Shown here one piece after another: positions 13,115-25,527 of a DNA stretch of 64,000 bases; position 1 is the stretch's first letter; each line of letters begins with the position of its first letter. Source of the DNA: Ginglymostoma cirratum. Its lineage: Eukaryota. The notes beneath the pieces are model-generated. The model worked only from the letters and a program-made list of their open reading frames with translations. It ran no database searches and had not been told where the DNA came from. The stretch is taken from assembly GCA_024137785.1 (NCBI GenBank), contig JAHRHZ010000059.1, positions 4,840,624-4,904,623 of the forward strand, written 5' to 3'. The position numbers and the translations under genes were made by a program.

Positions 13115-14650
13115 TTTATTTAGAACATGCTTACAGCACAAAAATAAGCCATATGGCCATTATGTGCCTGTGTTGGTCGATAAAGATCCAACTGCACTAA
13201 TCCCATTTTCCAGCCCTTGGCCCATAATCCTGGAGGCTGTTGCAATGCAGTTGAATATCTAAATACTACTTAAATGTTAGGATAGACTTTCTGGGCTCAA
13301 CCATTCTTTCGTGCAGCGATTGAGACATTCGCTCCCCGATGGGTGAAATAATTTCTCCAGAAACAAACAAATAAACAAACACTCTTGTTAGCCTCTGCCT
13401 CTTACTTGGAGTCTACAGTACCTGCTTATTGATTCCTCAATTGAAAAAAGCCTCAAAATGCCCCTCAAGATTATTACACCTCTTTCAGGTCCCTTCTCAA
13501 CTTTCACTGCTCCAAGGAGAATCAACTCCAGCCTATCCAATTTTTCCCCTCAAATGATAGGAGCCTTCAGCATAGGCAGCATTCTAATAAATCTCCTCTG
13601 CACCCTCACTAGCGCAATTGCATTTTTCTTGTAATTTAGTAACCAGAACTGCATGCACTACTCCAACTGTGGCCTAGCCAGCATTTTCTCCAAGTTCCAG
13701 CATAACCACCTTGCTTTTGAACTCTATGTCGAGTCTAATATATGAAAGTATCCCAAATGCTTTTTGACCATCTTATCTACCTGCCCTTGTACCTTCAGGA
13801 TCTGTAGATACACACACTAAGGTGCCTCTTATCTTCAGTAATTTCCAGAATCCTATCACTCAAATCACATAATCCCTTGCCATGTAAGCCTTACCCAAGA
13901 GCACTTTCTCACTTTTCCAGGTCGAATTCCATTGATATTCTCCTGCATTTTACAGCTATCCTCATTAATTATCATCCTACAAATTTGAGAGACTTCCACA
14001 AATGCCTTGATCATACCCATGATATTCAAGACCAAATATCATTAAATGTACAATACAAAACAGCTTGAGCCACAGAACTGAACCCTGCAGGACTACATAT
14101 AAAACGTACAAAAAAAAACTTCTACAATTACCATCTCGCAGCAAATTTTTGATCCAACGTATCACTTTTTGCCTTGAATCCCGTGAATTTTTCTTCTCGA
14201 TTAGCAAAGCTTTTGATTATGGCAGACTAAAGTCCACGTAGACCACAAATCAAATACATTACCTTGCTTGAATATCTCCTTGACTAACGGTTTTCAAACA
14301 ACCTCCCTTTAACAAATCCACGTCAACTACCCCAGATTAATTAGTCTCTCTAAATACAGATATATTCTGTCTCCCTGAATTCTCACTCATCGCCTAGCTT
14401 CTATCGTGGGCAGGTTAACTGAATCTCATCATTTCCTGCTGTCCCTACCTACCTCCTTTGGTTTTAAATAACGAAGACGTCAGCCATCCTCCAGTCATCA
14501 GGCACATTACTTGCAGCTAAGGGGATTTGAAGAACTGCCAGGGCCCCATATATCTGCTCCCTTGCCTCCCTCAACAGCTGGGATACACCTCATCTGGACC
14601 TACAGGTAGATTCACTTTTAAAGACTGCTAAACGTGCTAGTACTTTCTTT
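13115..14650 (-). mobile_element. CR1 LINE fragment, decayed
   Basis: Contains an RT remnant (WIKNLL..QGSVL in ORF 13977-14207). ACCAGAACTGCATGCACTACTCCAACTGTGGCCT corresponds to RPQLE.C.QFW on the minus strand. Confidence 0.8.
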
Positions 14651-15069
14651 CGATATTAACTAATATTTCACAGTTTTCCACCCCGTCATCTAGAAACACA
14701 TTACCTTTTTCCATTGTGAAGGCTGATGCAAACTATTCATCGAGTATTGTGCTCACATATTCAAGTCCACATACCAATTACCTCTTTGCTCTCGACATTT
14801 TCCCTTGTTACTCTCTTGCTCTGTGTATTTAAAACAAACTTTTGTCATTTCTTTTATTCTACCCTACCAATGCTTTTTCCACACTTTGCTTTCCTAATTT
14901 TAAGCTCCCCTTTGCTCCACACTGCACTAGAGAAATTCCATACAAGTGGCATGAAACACTGGAATGTCCTACAAAATTCACAAGAGCAAATATTTGGAAG
15001 CCAAAACACAACTGCCACTTTAACCTTGAAGTAATAGAAAATACACCTTTCAAAATCACAAGAGATGTT

Positions 15070-15976
15070 TTACGACATGCCACAGCAAAAAAAAAAAGAA
15101 AACCACAACCTCCTCAGAGGACAGACACTACCAATAAAAGGTATCCTTCGTCATCCAGTACTTCCCTGGAGAAGAGAAACTACACCACATTCTTCGCAGT
15201 CTTCAACATGCTCATCGTCAATGACATCTTGCCAAGATCTTCCCTATGCCTCCAGTTCTCACCTTCAAAAAAGAACTACCAAACCTTAACACATCATTGC
15301 TCGCAGCAAACTACCCAGCCGTCAGGGCAACACTGACCACAACACCACGCAACCTTGTCCTGCAGACGTTGCCATGATAGGTCAGATCAGTGACATTGAT
15401 ACTACCATCCCATATGGGAACACCATCTACCACATACATGGCAGATACTCACATGACTCAGTCAATGTTGTCTCTCATATGCTGCAGGCAAGGATGATCT
15501 TGGGTTCTTGTCACATTACTTGTGACCCCATCACACTGTTCTGTATCTGTAAAATCTTCCTTACTGTCCTGTTTTGACACCATCACCTTGATAAATTGTT
15601 ACAATCTCTCTACTTTAATCAGTTTGCACAGTTCAGAATTATTTTGGTCGGACCCTCTGCATGTGACTCTTCTACCCATCACATTATTCCAGTCATTTGG
15701 TCTGTCTCCAGCACCCCTTAGTTTTAATCATTTCTCCCTCATTTAATTGGATTAGAGGTCATCCCTTTGCTGGTTATTCAGCTGTTGACACTTTATTCAC
15801 CATCTAACACTCTTGGTCACCCGCAGAGAACTCAGACACTCCACTCACACCAAATGGTATGATCTTCTGATCTCTCAGCCTATAAACTGTGTCCGTGTGC
15901 TCTATTCTCTCACTGCACCAGACGAAGGGGCTGTGCTCCAAAAGCTTGAGAGTTCAAATAAACCTGTTGGACTATA
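15070..15976 (+). mobile_element. Penelope-like element, a different family, decayed 3' part
   Basis: Frameshifted remnants resembling QYFPG, HLAKIFP.PP.L.FK, RSKLPS and HIHGRYSHDSVNVV lead into the GIY-YIG region. The end motif GAAGGGGCTGTGCTCC.AAAGCTT..TCAAATAAACCTGTTGGACTATA is shared with 45339-45546. Confidence 0.75.
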
Positions 15977-17254
15977 TTCAGAAGAAGTCGTATGACATCA
16001 GATTATAGTCACACTTAAAAACGAATTTCAAGGGCAGAATGCCTCGATTTAAGAAAAGTTGTTTGTACATGTGCCTTACACTAGGATACTGCAATCTGGG
16101 TTCACTTTTAGCTGAATGGAAAGCAGCAAAATAGTTTCTTTGCTTAGACGGCCTCGATTACATGCTGTGTGCAATGGTGTGCTCAGCCTTGAAAGGGCCA
16201 GACAAATAAAGAGCCAGAGCCAGAATCTGCATGACAAGCACAAGCAAATGTTGTTCTTGCCCTGCTTTGAGGTTGTAGTTGCAGCTAAAATAGATGTTGG
16301 CAGGTCTGTTAGAACAGCTTTAAATGAAGGAAAAATAAAAATGTTCTCAAAGTTCAGATGAGATAATTTCTCTCCTTAGGAAGAGGGGTCATTCCGCAAT
16401 GCGCCCTTCTATTAACAGTTTGTCCTGTTCTGCGTGGTCCCCATTTCACAATTTCAAGGATGTGGCCTGCCTGACAACCCATGTCTAGAAGTAATTTGTT
16501 TCAGCACCAGCTAGATCACTCCTTGCAGACTATTAAAACTTTAGACAAGTATAGGTGTTGGAAGCTGCAGTCACTTCAACTCCGAGTTTTGCTATTTATT
16601 TCCTGTTTTACATGAGGTCTCATGCTATGGCAGCTAAAGCACTCATTTTCACACAAAAAGGACAACATGCGAGTTAAAGATGATGGCTATGAAGGTTACC
16701 AGGCCACTGATACCAGGTCCCCTAGTTGTTTAGGGGAAACAGTGATTGTTCTTAGGACAGTTTACATTGTTCCTTACACCAAAAAAGGTGGGCAAGGGGA
16801 TGCTTAGTTATTCTGCTGTTATGAGTAGCTAAGCCATGCTCATTGGCTTAAAAAAAAAAAATTCAGACAAGTTATGACATATGCATTAAATCAGCCAGTC
16901 CTCAAAATAGCATGCATTGGCAAACGTTCGGAGTTAGCGGGCAATTTTCACCAAGTAACTGTCTTCTTCAGACGGAAGATGGACCAGGAACAGAGGAGAA
17001 AGACTTGGCAAAGAGTAACCTAAAAATTCAGCTAGAGAGCAGGATGCTGCCTTTTAAATTTCAGAGGTCACTTGTGTTTGCCAAATGCCTGTTCATTTTC
17101 TGGTATCAGATAAATCAGGAAACGAATGCTTTTAAAAAAAAAAAAAAAAAAAAAACTTTAGAAGTTCCAAGTATCTGTTGCCCTTCTAGGCAATAACAGT
17201 GTTTAGAAGATCCTGCCAAAAGGAGTTTTGATGAGCTACTGCAGTGCATCTTGT

Positions 17255-17900
17255 AGATGGCAGAAACAAATTCCAACATGCACCAATGAAAGGAATGAAT
17301 TTTAAAAACAGTGAATGGGCGCTGAACAAGCAGGCTACTTTGCCCTGCAGGTGTTGAGCTTTGAGCATGTTGGAACTGCACTCATCCAAGGAAATTGGGA
17401 GTGTTCTATCACATCCCTTGGAGATGGTTGACAGGCTTTGGAGGCATAATCATGGGGCTAGCTACTCACCACAGAATTCCACAGCCTTCGACTACTTTTG
17501 TGGCCAACATCTGACTGATCTAATTCAGTTTCAGGATTAATGACAACCCTGAAGATAATAATTACTTTCCTTGACATTCAATGGGATTAAGTTGAATGTT
17601 CATCGCCTGGCATGAATGCCACTTGCCTCTTATCAGCTCAAGCCTGGAAGCCATCCAGCAACAAACACGCTTCAAACTGAGCAGTTTGAATCATGCTGAA
17701 ATTTTTTTTTGGTGGGGGGGGGGCCCAAAATCAAAACAACCATACCCCGGATTTTAAAGGGAAAGTAATGATGAAACTGTTGAAGGTGATGCTTTGGTCT
17801 AGGACACTACCTTTACTAATGTCAGAGACTAATCAGCTCAGTCACAGGGCAACCATAACCACCCTCCTTTGTTCTAAGTATGACTTCAACCAGTTATATG
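17255..17900 (-). mobile_element. LINE of a second CR1-like lineage, decayed fragment
   Basis: Complementary to the 24073-24917 copy, for example GTTGGAACTGCACTCATCCAAGG..GGGAGTGTTCTATCACA and CTTATCAGCTCAAGCCTGGA. Confidence 0.7.
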
Positions 17901-18000
17901 TTTCTTTAATCTACTCGAGAATTTAAGGCATTCTGAAGGATCAAAAACAATTGCATCCATTATCCCTCCAGTTAGCCCTCAAACCCTTTTGAAGTTGAAG

Positions 18001-18627
18001 CAAGATGGCGATAGCGTAGCAGTGCAGCTTACAGGCTCCTCAGACCAGAGTTCAACTACTCCCTCTGGACTTTTACTTCTGTTTTTCCCTTTCTGCTTTT
18101 TCTTAAATGTTGCGTCTATTTATTATTTTACTGTTTCTACTTTCTTCAGCAGAAGGAGGAGTTTTCTCCTGGCCCAGGCCCAGCAAGGTGGCAGCTTCTA
18201 GCCTGGCACAGTGGCCTCTGCCAGCACTGCAGTCTCCTGTATGGCAGCCTTGAGGTTTGGTGGTCTTGTCCTGCAATGAAGGTCTCAGTGTAGAGATCAT
18301 CTGTGGTGGCTTCTGGGTATTCTAGTCACCCAGCATGGCAATCGCACCCAGTCTAGGCATTGAGGTCTTGTATTCCAGTCTGGAACAGTGGCATCCTGTT
18401 ATGGCGTCCTTGACTGTGAGATCTTTGATGGCTGCTTCTGAGTATTCCAGCATTCATCGTCCTAAAATCAACTTTCCCCAAAAACTGGAATTCATTCAAG
18501 ATGAACTGTCTTAATTTTTACTTTGTTCTTTGTATCTATGACTTCAGTCATTAATACAGGTGCCATGGTATGGGGACTCAATCTTCTCTTGTGAAAATAC
18601 ACGTGACAATAAATTGCTATTCTATTG
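18001..18627 (+). mobile_element. Putative non-autonomous retroelement (AAGATGGCG start, AATAAA plus short-repeat tail)
   Basis: Begins CAAGATGGCG, has a GC-richer interior with a diverged internal repeat, and ends CACGTGACAATAAATTGCTATTCTATT. Single copy in this window. Confidence 0.45.
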
Positions 18628-19289
18628 TTAGAACGCAAGTCATTAAGTCTGGGCTTACCATTTAGTTCAATTACATTTCTGGTGTCATTTCTTTATACTA
18701 ATTTTGTTTCTTTAAATACAAGTCCTTTAATTGACAATGGCTATTGAATGGCATAGTCTAGATCAAGCCAGTCACAATAAAAAAAGTGATGTACAACCAT
18801 GCACTTTTGTATATGCAGAATTATAGACCAGAAGTAAAGATTGTGTGTACTATTTCACATTTGACCTGGTGTTTTAACATTCACGACATGCTAGCTAGCA
18901 TGATTTGCAAACACATTTGCATTACATTGAAACTAAAATTTAAAGGCAGAGGAACCAAGTGATGCAGTGGGCTAGTAGTGCCCTGCTTTTTCACCTCTGA
19001 ATTCTCAAAACCAGCTAGTTGCCATGAAAATCAGTGGAATTAACTATGCAAAATGGGAATCTTGCTTGAAGTATAAGAATTCTTATGACATAAGATGAAA
19101 GTGGTGCAGCTGCAATGCCCTTCAGGCATTGGGATTAAGGAAAATTGTTTGTTTACAGGATGGCAATACAAATTTAAAAAAGTATGCCAAGAGATTTTCT
19201 TCTGTGTTGCAAAAGGTCTCCACCCAAACCCTTGGCTCCCCCTTACCATTACCCTATTCAGAAAGCAGGTCTTTCTAACCATGCCGCTG

Positions 19290-20465
19290 CCATGGAGTAA
19301 TATAGCACAGAAACAGTCCCTTCGGTCCAACTAGTCCACGCCAAATATAATCCCAAACCAAACTAGCCCCACCTGCCTGCTCCTGGCCCATACCCCTCCA
19401 AACCTTCCTATTCACAAAACCATCCAAAAATGGATTTTAAGTGTGGTAATTGTACCCGCATCCACCACTTCCTCAGGAAGTTCATTCCACACACAAACCA
19501 CCTTTTGAAAAAATTTGCCTCATGTCTTCTTTAAAAATCTCTCTTCTCTCACATGTCCCCCAGACTTGAAATTCCCCACTCTAGGGAAAGACAACTACCA
19601 TCAACTCTATCTATACCTCTCACTATTTTAGTTTAGAAGCTTCTATCTGGTCATCTTTCAACCTCTTACACTACAGTGTAAGAAAAGTCCCAGCTTATCC
19701 AGCTTTTCTTTATAACTGAAACCCTCCATACCCAGCAACATCCCGGTTAATCTCATTTGAACCCTCTCCGCCTTGATAATATCCTTCCCATAACTGGGCA
19801 ACCAGAACTGGACACAGCATTCCAGAAGAGTCCTCACCAATCTCCTGTACAACTTCAATTTAATATACCGACTCTTGTAGTCAAAACAACTCAGCAATAA
19901 AGACAAGCATGCCAAAATGCCTTTTAACCATGCTGTCTATACGTGAACTTTAAAAGAACTGTGTACCTGCACCCAGGTCCCCCTGTTCTACAATATTATC
20001 CAAGGCCCTACCATTAACTGTATAAGCCCTACCCTTGCATTTTGGTACAAACAATACCTTGTATGTATCCAGACTGAACTCCATCTGCCATTTTTCAGCT
20101 CATTAAACAGATTTGATCAAGATCCCTTTGTAATCTTAGAAAGCCTTCTTTACTGTCTGCCATGTTACCAATTTTGGTGTCATCCACAAACTTGCCAACC
20201 ATGTCTTCTGTATTCTCATCCAAATCGTTTTACATAAGTGACAAAAAAAAAAAAAAAACCCCACAACTGATCCCTGTGGAAGCAACCCTCCACCATTATT
20301 CAGTCTCTTGCCATTAAGAGAATTACATACCCAGTTGGCAAGCTGACCCTGAATCCCACGTGATCTAACTTCACTAATTTGCCTTCCATGCAGAACCTTC
20401 TCAAAGGCTTTACTAAAACCCAAACAAACAACATCTACTGCTCTGCCAGCATCAATGCTGTTGGT
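19290..20465 (-). mobile_element. CR1 LINE, 5'-truncated
   Basis: ORF remnants FSKAFEKVLH, PQGSVVG and LKLYRRLVRTLLECCVQFWLPSYGKDIIKAERVQ, plus a CR1-type 3' end. Confidence 0.9.
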
Positions 20466-21089
20466 AATTTTAGTGTATTTTTATAAATACATCAATAAAT
20501 GTGTATAAGTCACCATATTTAATCCAGCACCATTTTAGTTACATGAATTATAAAAGAAATGATGCATACAAAGTTAAGACAAAATTTCAGTTTTTGTTTC
20601 AACCATGGCTTCTTGATTTTATAAGTGGCTACAGATATTACTTTTACTCCACAGTCAAAAAACTGTCCGAGGTCGCAATACCTTGCCGACATTTCCTGAT
20701 TCAGGATCCTACTACTAATTCAGGTTTTAAAAACCACCTTCAGGAATTCAGAATATGCTCGCAATATTCCACAAGACAGCATGCGATACTCTGTAGGCAA
20801 ATTTTCACTATCATTTGCAGTGATAAACAAAGGGGCTATCACATGTACATGTCCCATTTTCTAAGACATCTCTGATCACAATTACTTGGCAACTTGTATT
20901 ACTGGTCGTCTGTAGCAAAAAAAATGTCACGCTACAAAAATCACAGCGCTCAAAGTAAAAAGTCATTTGAATAAGCATGGAGATGCAGGATTCACTTGTG
21001 ATCTTTGAATAGTTTTGACATTTCTTATCTTAATTAGAAGTCTTTCCACTAACCCACCTCTCTAATCCAGAAGTGAAAGTGGCACAGTA

Positions 21090-21408
21090 GGGCAGCACAG
21101 TGGCTCAGTGGTTAGCACTGCTGCCTCACAGCACCAGCAACTTGGGTTCGATTCCAGCCTCTGGCAACGGTCTGTGTAGAGCTGCACATTCTCCCCTGGT
21201 CTGTGTGGGTTTCCTCCCACAGTCCAAAGATGTGCGCGTTAGGCGAATCGCCCATGCTAAATTGCCCATAGTGTAGGAGGGATGTGTAGATCAGGTGGGT
21301 TACATGGGGATGGGTCTGGGAGGGATGTGCCGAGGTTCAGTATGGAGGTGTTGGGCCGAAGGGCCTGTTTCCACACTATCATCACAGAATCCACAGGGAT
21401 TCTACGAT
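21090..21408 (+). mobile_element. HE1-type tRNA-derived SINE of cartilaginous fishes
   Basis: GGGCAGCACAGTGGCTCAGTGGTTAGCACTGCTGCCTCACAGC..GGGTTCGATTCC head, TGCACATTCTCCCC..GGGTTTCCTCCCACAGTCCAAAGATGTG core, and CR1-like tail GGGCCGAAGGGCCTGTTTCCACACT. Confidence 0.88.
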
Positions 21409-21424
21409 GACGGCAATGACTAAT

Positions 21425-21763
21425 CATGTCATTAGGCTAGCAATCCAGAATTCAGTACAAAAAAAAAAAAAAATTTAAAAAAAAAAATTCTCTTTAGAGG
21501 TGATGTCCTAGGTGGCATTTTTCTTATTAATGCAGGTTATATTCTGGGACTCAGGTTCAAATCGTGCAATGGCAATGGCAGTTGGCAGAACATGAATTCA
21601 ATGACCATGAAACCATTGTCAATTGTGGGAAAAGTTGCAAAACGAGCCACTTTAGGTTCTTTAGGAAAGGAAACTGCTGTCCTTCCCTGGTCAGGTCTAT
21701 AGCAATATGGTTAAGCACTAAATGCTGGCCTAGCCAGTGACACCCACATCCCATGAATGAATT
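21425..21763 (+). mobile_element. Second copy of the 2072-2425 SINE family, head apparently interrupted by the HE1 copy
   Basis: Shares CTTTAGG.AAGGAAACTGC..TCCTT.CCTGGTCAGG and the tail TAAATGCTGGCCTAGCCAGTGACACCCACATCCCATGAATGAAT. Confidence 0.6.
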
Positions 21764-22516
21764 TTAAAAAAAAACCCATACTCGCACCTCCTAGTCACAG
21801 GCAAGTTCCCAACCTCAACAAATACTGGTAATTCATGTGACTCTAAAAGAGCTAGACAAATGAAATTCTGTTCCTTGCTATGTAATTATTAGAACAATGC
21901 ATCAAAATGCAGTTTTTTCAAAAATGAGAAAAGATACCAGGAATAGGATCAAAACAGCCATAAACAGCCTATGATTAAAAGTTATTCCTGAAACCAAATA
22001 TGATTGGAAGATTTCACTGCTTAGCTCAAAGAATGAGCACTAGGACTGCAGCCTTTAGAGCAAGTGAGAAAAATTAGCTGGTAGGGCAGGGAAATGCCAG
22101 TAGCATATTTCAATTTATTGGATTCTGAAAAAAAAAAGGTTTAAATTATTACAGTACTCTTGATAGAAACTTTTTGACAGCTCCACAGGAGAGCATGGCT
22201 ATCTCACTACTAAATTATAAATACTGATCAAGGCTGAAATTCAATTCACAGTCTGACTGCTTAAGTTTCCAAAACACACAAATAAGATTAATTTCCAATA
22301 ACACTTTCCACAACAGGCAAAGTATCAGATTGTCACTATTGTGCTCACGGTGTTGAACAGACAACATGCATTTCAAAAACTGAATTCACATCCAAACTTC
22401 ATAAATACAAAATCACGAAAAAAAGTGACTCCACTTCCACAACACCAACTGATTCTACAGTTACAAATATCCAACACTATAAAGATAGAGTAAATTTGAA
22501 TAAAATGCTTCCTTAC

Positions 22517-22694
22517 GGCTGGCAATGCAGTATGCCAATCTGCAATTAATTCGTCTGTAGAGTTGTTTATTGATCGGCCATATTATCAGGGTGCAGAGCT
22601 GAAGGAAGTTGATGATGAGTCCAGTCACCACAAAGATGTAGCATATGAGAAGGTGGCAGATGAACTGAGATTTCAAGGTGGCTACAATGCCCAT
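22517..22694 (-). CDS. AGPAT4: AGPAT4-like first coding exon (178 coding bp; exon probably 22517-22745 with 51 nt of 5' UTR)
   Basis: GCG-ATG-G start at 22694 encodes MGIVATLKSQFICHLLICYIFVVTGLIINFLQLCTLIIWPINKQLYRRINCRLAYCIAS. Donor is C|GTAAGG at 22516 and the candidate acceptor is TTGCAG| at 22746. The residues KSQF.CHL..CY and WPINKQL favour AGPAT4 over AGPAT3 (comparison from memory). Confidence 0.9.
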
Positions 22695-24072
22695 CGCTTG
22701 CAAAGCCTCCAATATATCCAAAATGTCCAGAGTTCATAAAAAAATCTGCAACATACAAGTCATTTGATACAAGTCAGTCAGTTACCAACTGGAAAGAGTT
22801 AGAATTGATTCTTTTCATATAAAATTAGACTGCAAGTCAAATTGCCAGAGCAAAAAAACTCCCTTTATCCTGAACAGAAAATAACAAACATGAATCTGCT
22901 AGAAACTCCACAGAAATGACTACATAACACTCTTGGTATTTGGATACAAACCATATAGAGGCAAGATGGGAATAGTTTAGAATATCATCATGGTCAGCAC
23001 AGACACATGAGGCAAAGGGACTGTTCTTGCGCTGCACTGTTCTGTTCTATGTTCTATTGTAATACCTCAAAATAGTTAAGGTGGGACAGTTAAGGAACCC
23101 TAATTCTACAAAACAGTTTGCTCCTATCAGATTCCAGTTACCATGGTGGAATCAAACTCATGTCTTTAAAACATTAGCTTGGGGTTCCGGATTCCAACGA
23201 TACTACCACTGCCTCCTTCGCCACACCCATTTTTAAAACGGGCTTCAAAACAGGAGTTTTTTTTTAAAAAAATTATTTGAAAATAAACCACTTTGAAACA
23301 ATAGAAGAACAGGAGAATACGAGAGTTAAGTCTCCCTATTCAGTTCTTAATGCAAAATTATTTCAATCTATTGTAACAAGCAAAGTAAAACTAAATTGCA
23401 AAAAATAAAAACCACTGAGGAATTAGTATAATTAAACTCCAGTTCATACCATGGAATTTAATCAGCCCGATTTCTGTCAACTGTACCACAATGAGAAAAT
23501 TAAAATAGATTAAAAAACTAAGCTAAGAATTTCATTTGTGCATGTGTTGTTATATAGTTACGACAATTTTTGTTGTTAGCTTCAAATACGTAAGGCACAG
23601 GGAAAAAAAAAAATTTACAATCATCTTAATACTTTCCTTGGTTTTGCCTATCAATTAATACATTTTCAGTTGTTGCTTTATTATTTGGTGCTGTTGCATA
23701 TTCAAATTTTTTTTGTGTGCTGCACACATTGGTCCAGGAAAAAAAAACGTTTGTCAAAAGCCACATTCAACAGGACAAGTGAAGTGATCAACAATTTTTG
23801 TTGTGGTCTTGGCAAGTAGGGAGTTTTCAACTGTATTTATCCAACCTTCTAATGTACTGCTTGACCATACTAAGACTGTTATTCAACTGGATAATTCTTG
23901 ACTGTACAAAACAGCCAACCTTTCCACTTCTGTGTATGTACACACTTTTAAAAACGACTGGAGAATGAAAAAGCATACAAAAATGAAACACTTGTTGGCA
24001 AAACACCAATTTTTCTTGCAGCAGTGCCCTAAACATTTAATTTTATCCCTCCATCATAAAAAGGTCAATAGC

Positions 24073-24917
24073 AGAGATGTTCAGTACCATTCACGACTCC
24101 TCAGATACTGAAGCAGTCTGTGTCCGAACGTGATGGACAATATCCAGGCTTGGGCTGACAAGTGGCAAGTAACATCTGCACCATATAAGTGTTAGGCTAT
24201 GACCATCACCAATAAAAGACAAATCTAAACACTGCCCATGACATTCAAAAAGGTGTCACCATCACTGAATCTCCCACTGTCAACATCCTCGGGGTGATCA
24301 CTGTGGCGAGTCCAGTTGAATTTCTGGCCAGACAGTTGCTAGAAGAGCAGGTCAGAAGGTAGGAATACTGTGGCCAGTAACACACCACCTGTCTCCCCAA
24401 AGCCTGTGCACCGTTTACAAGGCACAAGTCAGGAGTGTGATGGAATACACCCCACTTGCCTGTAGGAGTGCAGCCCAACACCACAAGCAGCTTGACACCA
24501 TCCAGGACAAAGCAGCCCACTTGATAATCACTACATCCACAATCATCCGCTCCCTCCACCACCTGATGCTCCGTACACATTGCTGCTACTATCTACAATT
24601 CCCTAGAGATCCTCAGACTGCACTTTCCAAACCCACGGCCATTTCCATCTAGAAGGACAATGGCAGCAGATACATGGGAATATCACCACTTTCAAGTTTC
24701 CCTCCAAGCCACTCACCATCCCGACTTGGAAATATAAATTGCTGTTCCTTCACTCTTGCTGGGTCAAAATCCCAGAATTCCCTCCACAAAAAAGGTATTT
24801 TGGGTCAACCCACAGCAGGTGGACTGCAGTGATTAAAGACAGCTCACTATCAAGGGTAACTAGGAATGGGCAATAAATGCTGGCCAGCCAGCGATACCCA
24901 CACCCCACAAATGAATA
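24073..24917 (+). mobile_element. LINE of the second CR1-like lineage, 3' part
   Basis: GACAATATCCAGGCTTGGGCTGACAAGTGGCAAGTAACA (DNIQAWADKWQVT) and KAQVRSVMEY..LDTIQDKAA. Tail is GGGCAATAAATGCTGGCC..AAATGAATAA. Confidence 0.8.
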
Positions 24918-24989
24918 ATTTCTTTAAAAAACTCCTCAGAACTCCAAGCAAGCTTTCAAAAGTTGGCAACCATGTCAAAAATGAAACTA

Positions 24990-25228
24990 AGATACTTATT
25001 AAACTGGAGAGGGTTCAGAAAAGATTTACCATGTTGCTGCCAGGAACAGAAAGTTTGAGTTATAAAATAAAATGGGCTGGATAGACTAGACCTTTTGTCA
25101 CTGGAGCATTGGAGGTTGAAGGGTGATCTTGGAGGTTTATAAAAATCAAGATGCACACAAGATGAAAGGCCAAGGTCTTTTCCCCAAGATGGTGTGGGGG
25201 GAGGGGGCTCAAAACTAGGGGAGCACTT
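24990..25228 (+). mobile_element. CR1 LINE internal 3' fragment
   Basis: IKLERVQKRFTMLLPG in ORF 24866-25084. Confidence 0.8.
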
Positions 25229-25426
25229 TTTTTTCCTAAAAAGCTTCCTATCTTGTTTACAACTGAATGCAGATACTAGTCTAACTTGGAATTGAAAATA
25301 CTAGTTTATTTACCTGAAACAAGTATAATCCTTGCTATAATATTTTTCAAGCCATTTCATTAAACAAATATCCCTCAACAGTAACAACCTTGCATCCATC
25401 CAAATTTACCTCTTCAACTCAAAAAT

Positions 25427-25527
25427 AGTTCTGAAGAAAGATCACCGGCCCTGAAACATTAACTGAATCTCTTCATAGATGCTGCTAGATCGGCTGAGCT
25501 TTTCCATCAATTTTTGTTCTTGTTTTC
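25427..25527 (+). mobile_element. Solo PLE end with a decayed hammerhead motif
   Basis: AGTT-CTGAAGA-AAGATCACCGGCCCT-GAAAC-ATT-AACT..AGATGCTGCTAGATCGGCTGAGCTTTTCC, same family as 29001. Confidence 0.7.

Noticed and set aside
21090-21165. tRNA gene
   Set aside because: The A and B boxes are the head of an HE1-type SINE followed by the SINE body. The same applies at 42067 and 58449.
22695-22721. N-terminal extension MDILEALQA in the ORF track
   Set aside because: It starts at TTG under a prokaryotic-style start rule. The ATG at 22694 has strong context and matches the family N-terminus.
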